Below are positions 8,849-15,976 of a DNA stretch of 32,000 nucleotides, piece by piece. The stretch comes from Promethearchaeota archaeon. GTDB taxonomy: Archaea; Asgardarchaeota; Hermodarchaeia; Hermodarchaeales; Hermodarchaeaceae. Position 1 is the first letter of the stretch, and every line of letters begins with the position of its first letter. The DNA is taken from assembly GCA_048938295.1 (NCBI GenBank), contig JBHLMI010000017.1, forward strand, positions 1 through 32,000, read 5' to 3'. Below the pieces are notes generated by a model that was not told the DNA's origin, searched no databases, and saw only the letters and a program-made list of their open reading frames with translations. A program made the position numbers and the translations under genes.

Positions 8849-9724
8849 TTAAACCTCATGTGATGTAAATGTCACTTTTCCTTCCTTTGAAATAACGGCA
8901 GTGGCACGTCTTGCTGCCCAGCATTGAACGGCAAGGCCAACAGGAAATGAAGCAGGATGTCTCATCGCAACATCGATATGTACATCCAAAACGGTCGTGT
9001 CTCCTCCTAAGCCCATGGGGCCAATACCCGTCTCATTAATTGCAGATAAAAGCTCTTCCTCCAACTTGGCAATTTTCGCATTCGGGTGATGTTGTCCCAC
9101 GGGTCTGAGCAGTTGCTCCTTTGCGATTTTCATGCAGATATCCGCGCCGCCTCCTATCCCAATTCCAAGAATTGTGGGTGGACAAGGCTTAGCCCCTGCA
9201 TCGATTATTGAATCAATTATGAATTTCTTCATTCCTTTCAATCCTTGGCCAGGAGTTAGCATTCCTAGCTTGCATACATTCTCTGATCCTCCCCCTTTTG
9301 GCAGAGCAGTAATTTCTAGATCTGTTCCCTCAATTACTCTCCAATTAATCCAAGGAATATGAAGACCCGTATTATCTCCTGGGTTCTTATTTAAAATCGG
9401 ATTTACAGTATTGGGTCGAAGCGGGATTTCCTGCGTTGCCCTCTTAACTGCTTTGTCGATGATGGACGGAAGTTGGTGAAGCAAGGGGAATTTCGAACCG
9501 ACCGTTAAGTAGAATATCTGGATTCCTGTATCTTGACACATCGGAATTGCGTTTTTCCTTGCAAGACTAATATTATCCAAAATGGCTTTTAGCTGGCTCT
9601 TAGCAGTGCTATTGGTCTCCCTTGCTAATGCGCGTTCAAGCCCCTCAGATACATCAGATGGTAAATCGGTTACGGCCAGCCGAAGAAGGGTTACGAAGGT
9701 GTCTTCTAAGATAGAACTCTGCAT
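8849..9724 (-). CDS. Class I Fe-S fumarate hydratase (fumarase/tartrate dehydratase family), alpha subunit
   Basis: PMCQDTG, LRPNTV, KGGGSEN, AKPCPP, GIGIGG, GIGPMGLGG, HPASFPV, VQCWAAR (three cluster cysteines present). Confidence 0.92.
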   Translation of the reverse strand: MQSSILEDTFVTLLRLAVTDLPSDVSEGLERALARETNSTAKSQLKAILDNISLARKNAIPMCQDTGIQIFYLTVGSKFPLLHQLPSIIDKAVKRATQEIPLRPNTVNPILNKNPGDNTGLHIPWINWRVIEGTDLEITALPKGGGSENVCKLGMLTPGQGLKGMKKFIIDSIIDAGAKPCPPTILGIGIGGGADICMKIAKEQLLRPVGQHHPNAKIAKLEEELLSAINETGIGPMGLGGDTTVLDVHIDVAMRHPASFPVGLAVQCWAARRATAVISKEGKVTFTSHEV

Positions 9725-9764
9725 TCTTAACAGCTCCTGATACAGGCTAACTGAGAATGCGAAT

Positions 9765-10355
9765 CTAAGTTCCTATTCTTTTGGGTTGTGCTAGATTTGA
9801 TCCTAAGAGAATTCGTCGCAACACTCCTTGTAATATTTCAAGAGTGAAAGAGCCTTGAGTGGCTACTGTTTCAAAAATCTGAGACGCGCCGTTAAGTCCA
9901 AGCATATTCATGAATTCAAATCGGCTAATCACAGGCCAAATATCTCGTTTATTCAAAGCAAAAATTACAGGGATTTCATCTCCCAGTCGATTTTCAAAGA
10001 AACCCTTAAGCTCGTCCCAACATCGTTTGTTTTCCTTTATTAAATTTGGATTAGAATCCGCTACAAATACGATTCCATCAGTTCCTGCAAGAACGGTCGA
10101 CCGCGTTTCTGCATAATAGTCTTGACCAGTTGCTGACCAAATATGGATTTGAATGACCCATTCACCGTGCGAAAGCTCAATGGGACCATAATCAAAAAAC
10201 AAAGTTCTTCCAGAGGTTGTCTCAATGGATTCAAGACGAGACAAGATATTCAGACGAGAAAAAAGAGCACGAATACTAGCTGTTTTTCCGCTCATGGCGG
10301 GACCATAGTAAACGATTTTTGTTTGTATGACTTTTTGGCTCCAATCAATTAGCAC
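9765..10355 (-). CDS. MglA-family small GTPase
   Basis: KIVYYGPAMSGKT (G1), GRTLFFD (G2 with the MglA-type Arg), SATGQ (G3), NKRD (G4). Confidence 0.88.
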   Translation of the reverse strand: MLIDWSQKVIQTKIVYYGPAMSGKTASIRALFSRLNILSRLESIETTSGRTLFFDYGPIELSHGEWVIQIHIWSATGQDYYAETRSTVLAGTDGIVFVADSNPNLIKENKRCWDELKGFFENRLGDEIPVIFALNKRDIWPVISRFEFMNMLGLNGASQIFETVATQGSFTLEILQGVLRRILLGSNLAQPKRIGT

Positions 10356-10370
10356 CTTTTTTCCTCCAGG

Positions 10371-11261
10371 TTAGATTGTCCAGAATCCCTCTAATCGGTC
10401 CCCAAAGGTTTGTCCTGTCCCGTCTTGTACAGAGGCTTGGAAATCTTCGCCCCATTCAGCCTTAATGAATTCCATTAAGCGGTTTATAGTAGCTCCCTTG
10501 TAATCCACAGCCTGCTGCAACATCTTGTCAGATATTACTGACCTTACACCCACTCCTTGTAATAATCGAAGTCGTAACAGAATAATCATGACTCTCCAGG
10601 CTGCCTCTACAAACGCCTGGATGTGTTCACGATAAAGGCTTTGTCTGATACGCTCTTCCTCATGATTGAGATCGACTAAGCTCTTTTCAAGCCGCTCACT
10701 AACTTTACCCTGTGCCGCCCTTTTTAAGATTCTAGTTATTCTTTCAATCTTGGTACGTGTTTCTGAAGTAACTTTTTCTAGCAATTTATTTTCAAAATTC
10801 GTTTCAGAAAACGTGTTTGAATCTCCGTTCGATTCGATTTTGAGTTTACCTTCATTAAACAGAAGAGTCAATGGAAGCGTAGAACTCTGGGATAACGACT
10901 GCATGATTTCTTCTAGATGTATCTGATCGGTTGCGATAACCCATCCTCTGAAATCTGTAATCTGCTTTGAGACAAGTTGTGCTGCAGATGAGGGGGCACG
11001 ATAAATCATTCGCTCTCCGTTATAGTCGCTTTTTTCATGTTGAACCATCTGCTCATGTTCTGAATAGGATACAAAATCTGATCCGAAAACCATCTCCCGA
11101 CGATGTGGCACAAGCTTAATTAACGACTCTGCAATCGAATCCACCGCTTCTAGCGAATCACTATAGATGATTACTGGATATCGATCTAATATTGTACGTA
11201 ATACAATAGCTAGCTGTTTTCTTCCAAGAGTAAATAACCCACTATCCAGAAGTGTGCTCAT
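10371..11261 (-). CDS. Hypothetical protein with DENN-core-like domain
   Basis: Start reassigned to ATG 11261, which overlaps the upstream stop as ATGA (11258-11261); 296 aa. LGRKQLAIVLRTILDRYPVIIYSDSLEAVDSIAESLIKLVP fits the cDENN helix-strand-helix-Pro signature. The CDS is confident; the DENN call is inference. Confidence 0.6.
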   Translation of the reverse strand: MSTLLDSGLFTLGRKQLAIVLRTILDRYPVIIYSDSLEAVDSIAESLIKLVPHRREMVFGSDFVSYSEHEQMVQHEKSDYNGERMIYRAPSSAAQLVSKQITDFRGWVIATDQIHLEEIMQSLSQSSTLPLTLLFNEGKLKIESNGDSNTFSETNFENKLLEKVTSETRTKIERITRILKRAAQGKVSERLEKSLVDLNHEEERIRQSLYREHIQAFVEAAWRVMIILLRLRLLQGVGVRSVISDKMLQQAVDYKGATINRLMEFIKAEWGEDFQASVQDGTGQTFGDRLEGFWTI

Positions 11262-12184
11262 CGTACGATTGCCTCCAAAAAACCATCCACATCTAGAGTC
11301 GGTTTCTGTGCTGGGGGAGCTTGTTGTAGCACCAATTCGATCTCGGCTATGAAATTTGGGATAATCAATCGCAGCAGGCCAAGACGAGTCGAATCCTTCT
11401 GTATCAGTGTACTGAAAAGGCCACCTGCCAACCTGTAGATGAAGTGTTGCCTTGAACCACAATCGCATAAAACCTGAAGAATCCTTGTTCGTTTGATTAA
11501 TTGTGCGACTTTTCGAGACGTATCAAATAAAGTATAGGTCAGCGTGGAATTGCGAATACGCTTTCCTTCATTAAATCGTTGTGTCGGAATTAGGTAGCCT
11601 CCTTCAAGACAGACCTCACCTGTTTGAGCAGAAGGCAAGGCCTGAAGAAAATCTGTGACTATCGCCGTTATCTGTTGGGCAGCGTTTTCGGTAATTGTCA
11701 TATTCAAAGAACCTGTTGACCAATTCTGTTGTGCCCCCTCTCGAACACTAAACGCATTATAGATTTGAGTACGTTGTGCCTTCTCAAAGGATCGCAAAGG
11801 TGGGATAAACCGCTCATTCCACAGAGCTTCGTCTAAATGGGAAATGCCTCGCTCTAATTGCAATAAAAGGGCTCCCAAATTACTTTGGCTTTGGGTTGTT
11901 ACCGTAACGAAATAGTTTGTAGCTCGGGGAAGTGTGGCTAATAAGAACTTACTGCGTTCTCCTTCAATAAGCACGTATGATAAATCGTCATGGAGTCTTT
12001 GTGCCACCGATAAAATTGCGGCAGCTGAAGATGATAAACCAAAAATCTCATTCTCTGACAACCAAACCCCAGTACTAGAAATGGGATAGCCATCTCTTTG
12101 AACTAGTACTGTGTTCTCTACACCAGGAACCGATTTGATATTCTGCAAATGCAAATTAAACTGGTCTAGCATCCTATGAGACAT
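11258..12184 (-). CDS. Tandem Roadblock/LC7 (MglB/LAMTOR-like) domain protein
   Basis: Domain 1: LQNIKSVPGVENTVLVQRDGYPISS..SAAAILSVAQRL..YVLIEGERSKFLL..NLGALLLQL. A second, more diverged copy starts near ITAIVTDF and ends RLGLLRLII. Confidence 0.82.
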   Translation of the reverse strand: MSHRMLDQFNLHLQNIKSVPGVENTVLVQRDGYPISSTGVWLSENEIFGLSSSAAAILSVAQRLHDDLSYVLIEGERSKFLLATLPRATNYFVTVTTQSQSNLGALLLQLERGISHLDEALWNERFIPPLRSFEKAQRTQIYNAFSVREGAQQNWSTGSLNMTITENAAQQITAIVTDFLQALPSAQTGEVCLEGGYLIPTQRFNEGKRIRNSTLTYTLFDTSRKVAQLIKRTRILQVLCDCGSRQHFIYRLAGGLFSTLIQKDSTRLGLLRLIIPNFIAEIELVLQQAPPAQKPTLDVDGFLEAIVR

Positions 12185-12219
12185 TCTTTATATGCTCCAT
12201 AATTTGGACAAGTTTGCTC

Positions 12220-12227
12220 TATAAAAA
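12220..12227 (-). promoter_or_regulatory. Candidate TATA box for the roadblock-DENN-MglA operon
   Basis: TTTTTATA on the minus strand about 35 nt upstream of ATG 12184. Confidence 0.45.
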
Positions 12228-12252
12228 CCAACAAAACTCTGAAAAACGATAG

Positions 12253-12369
12253 TGGTGCGGGGGGTGGGATTCGAACCCACGAAGGTCTACACCACAGGAG
12301 CCTCAGTCCTGCCCCTTTAATCAAAACAGGTTAGTCCTGGTTTTTTAGACCATGCTCGGGTACCCCCGC
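12253..12369 (-). tRNA. tRNA-Leu(GAG) with a 29-nt intron at D-loop position 21/22; CCA encoded
   Basis: Acceptor GCGGGGG/CCCCCGC, anticodon arm CAGGA-CTGAGGC-TCCTG, long variable arm GGT-GTAG-ACC, T arm GTGGG-TTCGAAT-CCCAC. Intron 12317-12345. Confidence 0.93.
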
Positions 12370-12401
12370 AAGGGGAACTAATCTTCTCGTCTTCTCAACA
12401 C

Positions 12402-12416
12402 TTTTAAAATTTTTCT
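12402..12416 (-). promoter_or_regulatory. BRE/TATA promoter of tRNA-Leu
   Basis: AGAAAAA followed by TTTTAAAA on the minus strand, about 33 nt upstream of tRNA G1. Confidence 0.55.
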
Positions 12417-12539
12417 TGGTAAAGCGTTGACCTATTGGCGCCAATCACTTAGACAAACATAATATTCATGTTAAGCACTTTATTCCTCTCTTCTTAAGAT
12501 TGGAAAACTAAAATTCTCTGATTTTTAGGCTCACATTAG

Positions 12540-12680
12540 GGGTAATACTGCGCTTTTTCAGGTAGTTTTACAAATAGAACCAAGAGCGCCCGAAGTTAAA
12601 CGGGTTTTGGCCTTTCTCGCCTTATCTTTTTTAGGATTGGGTAATACCCGGATAATACTAGAACCTTTTCAGGATAATAT
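12540..12680 (+). repeat. Four copies of GG(G/A)TAATA(C/T) upstream of cdrS-ftsZ
   Basis: GGGTAATAC at 12540 and 12639, GGATAATAC at 12650, GGATAATAT at 12672. Confidence 0.65.
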
Positions 12681-12701
12681 CTAGGTATGACCCTGATTGT
12701 T

Positions 12702-12869
12702 ATGAAACTAATCACTGTTAATCTACCAGAAGCTTATGTCAATGGGATTGAACGGCTCATTCTCGAAAAGCTGTATCCCAATCGAAGCGAAGCTATTAGA
12801 ATAGCCGTAAGGGACCTGTTGAAAAAAGAACTATGGGAGCTAAATATTCCACAGCCAAAAGCTAGGTGA
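12702..12869 (+). CDS. cdrS: Ribbon-helix-helix transcription factor, CdrS-like
   Basis: MKLITVNLPEAYVNGIERLI...YPNRSEAIRIAVRDLL is a classic RHH pattern. It lies 7 nt upstream of ftsZ, the known cdrS-ftsZ2 arrangement. ATG 12702 preferred over 12687. Confidence 0.78.
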   Translation: MKLITVNLPEAYVNGIERLILEKLYPNRSEAIRIAVRDLLKKELWELNIPQPKAR

Positions 12870-12876
12870 ATGAAAA

Positions 12877-14205
12877 ATGGAAAGTGGATTATCGAAGCTA
12901 GTTCGTGATGCAACTCAACGAACAACAAAGACGGTTACTAGGTATTCACAGCCAGGGGCAAGAATTATGGTGGCTGGCATCGGTGGAGGGGGAAATAATA
13001 CAATTAACAGGTTAGTGCAAATCGGTATTCAAGGTGCCGAATGTATCGCAGTTAATACAGATCAACAACATCTCGATCACGTGCAAGCCCATAAAAAAAT
13101 ACTCATTGGAAAAACAATCACCAGGGGGCTTGGTACAGGGGGATTTCCCGAATTAGGGGCTGCCGCTGCAGAAGAATCACGTCAAGATTTAATGAATCTT
13201 TTACGAGGAGTTGATTTGTTATTTATTGCTGCTGGGCTAGGAGGAGGCACCGGGACAGGTGCGGCTCCTGTTATCGCTGAAATTGCGAAGCAGAACGGGG
13301 CTATTGTGGTGTGTACTGTAACTACACCATTCACTATTGAAGGTGCTAGAATCGATAAAGCTCATCGGGGTCTCCAACGTTTGCGGAGATACGCTGACAC
13401 AGTTATCGTTATTGATAACAATAAACTACTCGAAATTGCACGAGATTTACCAATAGATGAGGCCTTTAGCGTTGCCGATGAAATTCTCGCAAGTATGGTG
13501 AAAGGAGTTACAGAAACCATCAGCTTACCTAGTTTGATTAATCTAGACTTTGCAGACGTTCGAAGTGTATTAGCTGGAGGTGGGGTTGCATTAGTAGGGT
13601 TAGGAGAAGCCACGCAATCTGATACTAAGGACTGCGATCGAATTTCAGAGGCCGTGAAGAATTCTCTCCATTCTCCATTACTCGGTGATTTGAGCGTAAA
13701 AGGTGCCACAGGTGCGCTAATTCATGTTATTGGTGGACCCGATCTCAGTCTTGAAGAAGCGACTCGGGTTGCCGATGTGGTAACTCGCCAAATGAGACAT
13801 GACGCAAGAATTATTTGGGGTGCACGGGTCATACCGGACTTTGCTGGGTATGTCCGTGTTCTTCTTATTGTTACCGGGTTAGAGGGAAATTCGGCGGTCT
13901 TACCAGGATTCCGAGGGAACATCGAAATTTTTGAGGATGTTGATTGGAACTCACTTCAACTTTATCGCTTAGATTCAGCGGTAAGTGATGCTACCCAGAA
14001 AGATGCGGAGCTCATAGGTGATACTCCTGTATTTGGTTCCTCTGATTCAGTTAAAACCACGCAGACTCAAGGAGACACTTCAGTCACGTACTCTGATAAC
14101 GGAAACATTGACGAGGAACCTTCAATCTCTCTCATTAGTACAAGTGTTTCAGGAACTCAACCTCTACAGGGGCTTGGATTGAAAAAAATCGAATCGACTT
14201 CCTAA
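12877..14205 (+). CDS. ftsZ: Cell division protein FtsZ (context suggests FtsZ2 type)
   Basis: GIGGGGNN, AVNTD, GLGTGG.PE.G, GLGGGTGTG tubulin signature, PF..EG, intact T7 loop INLDFADV, and a C-terminal tail of about 105 aa. Confidence 0.96.
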   Translation: MESGLSKLVRDATQRTTKTVTRYSQPGARIMVAGIGGGGNNTINRLVQIGIQGAECIAVNTDQQHLDHVQAHKKILIGKTITRGLGTGGFPELGAAAAEESRQDLMNLLRGVDLLFIAAGLGGGTGTGAAPVIAEIAKQNGAIVVCTVTTPFTIEGARIDKAHRGLQRLRRYADTVIVIDNNKLLEIARDLPIDEAFSVADEILASMVKGVTETISLPSLINLDFADVRSVLAGGGVALVGLGEATQSDTKDCDRISEAVKNSLHSPLLGDLSVKGATGALIHVIGGPDLSLEEATRVADVVTRQMRHDARIIWGARVIPDFAGYVRVLLIVTGLEGNSAVLPGFRGNIEIFEDVDWNSLQLYRLDSAVSDATQKDAELIGDTPVFGSSDSVKTTQTQGDTSVTYSDNGNIDEEPSISLISTSVSGTQPLQGLGLKKIESTS

Positions 14206-14243
14206 TGCTAGCATTCGACCTTCACGCCCTATCGCATTGTGGT

Positions 14244-14459
14244 TTATCCACCGATCCAACCAAGAAATGCTTGCCTTAATTGATCAAGCTGTATGATGAT
14301 AGACTGAAAAAGGCCCTGGGACCATCCCATTACATCCAAAATTACTGTAATCAAGATTGTGATGGTTAAGATGGCTAATCCTAATAGAAGACCCTGCTCA
14401 ATAAGAGGTGATCCTCTTTTATTTCGAATAAATTCTCTGATTAGTTTTAGCCTAGTCAT
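14244..14459 (-). CDS. Flp-like short type IV pilin with class III signal peptide
   Basis: FIRNKRG|SPLIE: basic leader, Gly at -1, Glu at +5, hydrophobic helix. Mature chain is only about 55 aa. Confidence 0.8.
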   Translation of the reverse strand: MTRLKLIREFIRNKRGSPLIEQGLLLGLAILTITILITVILDVMGWSQGLFQSIIIQLDQLRQAFLGWIGG

Positions 14460-14508
14460 GCTATAGTCCCATGAAAGAATCTCCTGATAAGCTATTTAAG
14501 CTCCCCAC

Positions 14509-15177
14509 TTACATGAGCACTGTCAACAAATGAGATATGAATATGAAAGTAGTCCCAAAGGCAACTAGATTGACGACAAGAGATCTAATGGGACCATCCA
14601 CAGTCTTGTTAAGACGATAGCCGGTAATAAGAATAGTAAAAATCGAAGCCACAACAACATATACTGAAAACCTTGAGGAGAAATCAATAGTACTATTCCA
14701 TCCACCCTGATAGAAAGTGAGTGAAAGCAAAGGCGCAATAGCCGCAATCATACCAATAACCACTGCGGAGACAAATGAAAGGGCAAATACTTTCACTCTT
14801 TGACCTTTGACCAAGTTCTGTCGGTTCTTCGTCAACCCATAATTCTTTCTAACTTGTTTTAGAACTTGGAGCATTCTATTTCCACCCACTACCGAGCCCT
14901 TATCGATGAAACGCCCAAGTAATTCCAACAAGCGAGAATAACGGCTGCTGCCGTATGCGATAACCAAATCCGACCAGGCAACACGAAAGGCTTTCACTCC
15001 ATTAGCCACGTCGTTAATCGCCACAAGAAGGTTATCTGGCGTTTGCTTTCCAAAGTAGTGGTAAGTTCTGACCAAAGCATATTCTGGGCTGATTCCTGAG
15101 GCGAGCTCAGTTGAAAGATGAGTGAGAAAATCAAGAAATTGGTCAAAATCAGTTCCTTCTAGCTGCAGTCCATTCAC
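14509..15177 (-). CDS. T2SSF-family pilus platform protein (TadB/TadC-like)
   Basis: LTHLSTELASGISPEYAL cytoplasmic T2SSF motif followed by three TM helices; in an operon with the assembly ATPase. Confidence 0.75.
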   Translation of the reverse strand: MNGLQLEGTDFDQFLDFLTHLSTELASGISPEYALVRTYHYFGKQTPDNLLVAINDVANGVKAFRVAWSDLVIAYGSSRYSRLLELLGRFIDKGSVVGGNRMLQVLKQVRKNYGLTKNRQNLVKGQRVKVFALSFVSAVVIGMIAAIAPLLSLTFYQGGWNSTIDFSSRFSVYVVVASIFTILITGYRLNKTVDGPIRSLVVNLVAFGTTFIFISHLLTVLM

Positions 15178-15959
15178 TCCCCCAACAATATCATTTCCTC
15201 TGGCAAGAGAGCTGACACTATTATCTTAGCAAGAACTAGCTGAAAGACTGGTAAAAGGAGAATAAGCGGGTGATTTGCCAAGCCACGTATTGCCACACCC
15301 AAAATGAAGATAATTGGTACAAACACCAAAACGCCTGCAACTACCACCATCCGGCTCTCCCACTGTAATGTACGTCTTTCATACTTTCTTTGCAGGTCTT
15401 CATGGGCATCTAAAATTACTGCTTCAAGATTTGTAGAGGAAGTCTCTACAAACTGGATAAATGTGAGTAGACCCCTTCGAAGAACTACTGAGGGCTGGCT
15501 GTTAGCGTATCGTCTCAGCAGCTGTTCAGGAGCTGTTCCACAGTTTAAAGGCGATAACATATCAGAAAAGGCTGAGGAAATTACATCATAGCCTCCTTTA
15601 GATACATATTCTATTGCTTCAAAAACAGATCCCGTAGTAAGAAAAATTGTAGATAATTCTTCAAGGATGTGTGGGGTCGCTTTTTCAATTAGCACTAAGT
15701 GCCGATGGTACTTGGATATTGTACTATTAAAGGTGAGGAGACAACTCATTAGTGAAATTGTAATCCCTAGCATTATGGCGCTTGGTAAAGATAGAACCAA
15801 GTTTAGGAGGATGCTTAATCCACTCAAAATAACAAAGCTAATAATAACTAATCCGCTAACGACTTGACTAGGCTTAATAGAGTGATGGTAAAGAAACTCG
15901 ATCGCTTCTCCAAACTCAGAAGGCATTAATCGTGTGAAGAAGCGCTTCTTACCTGGCAC
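15174..15959 (-). CDS. T2SSF-family pilus platform protein (TadB/TadC-like)
   Basis: Two TM helices, then EKATPHILEELSTIFLTTGSVFEAIEYVSKGGYDVISSAF, then two TM helices. 4-nt overlap with the next gene. Confidence 0.8.
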   Translation of the reverse strand: MPGKKRFFTRLMPSEFGEAIEFLYHHSIKPSQVVSGLVIISFVILSGLSILLNLVLSLPSAIMLGITISLMSCLLTFNSTISKYHRHLVLIEKATPHILEELSTIFLTTGSVFEAIEYVSKGGYDVISSAFSDMLSPLNCGTAPEQLLRRYANSQPSVVLRRGLLTFIQFVETSSTNLEAVILDAHEDLQRKYERRTLQWESRMVVVAGVLVFVPIIFILGVAIRGLANHPLILLLPVFQLVLAKIIVSALLPEEMILLGE

Positions 15960-15976
15960 ATATTTGCCAATATTAG

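Noticed and set aside
11262-11468. N-terminal 69 aa of the tracked 365-aa ORF (10371-11468)
   Set aside because: It overlaps the roadblock CDS in another frame; the ATGA overlap at 11258-11261 gives a better start.
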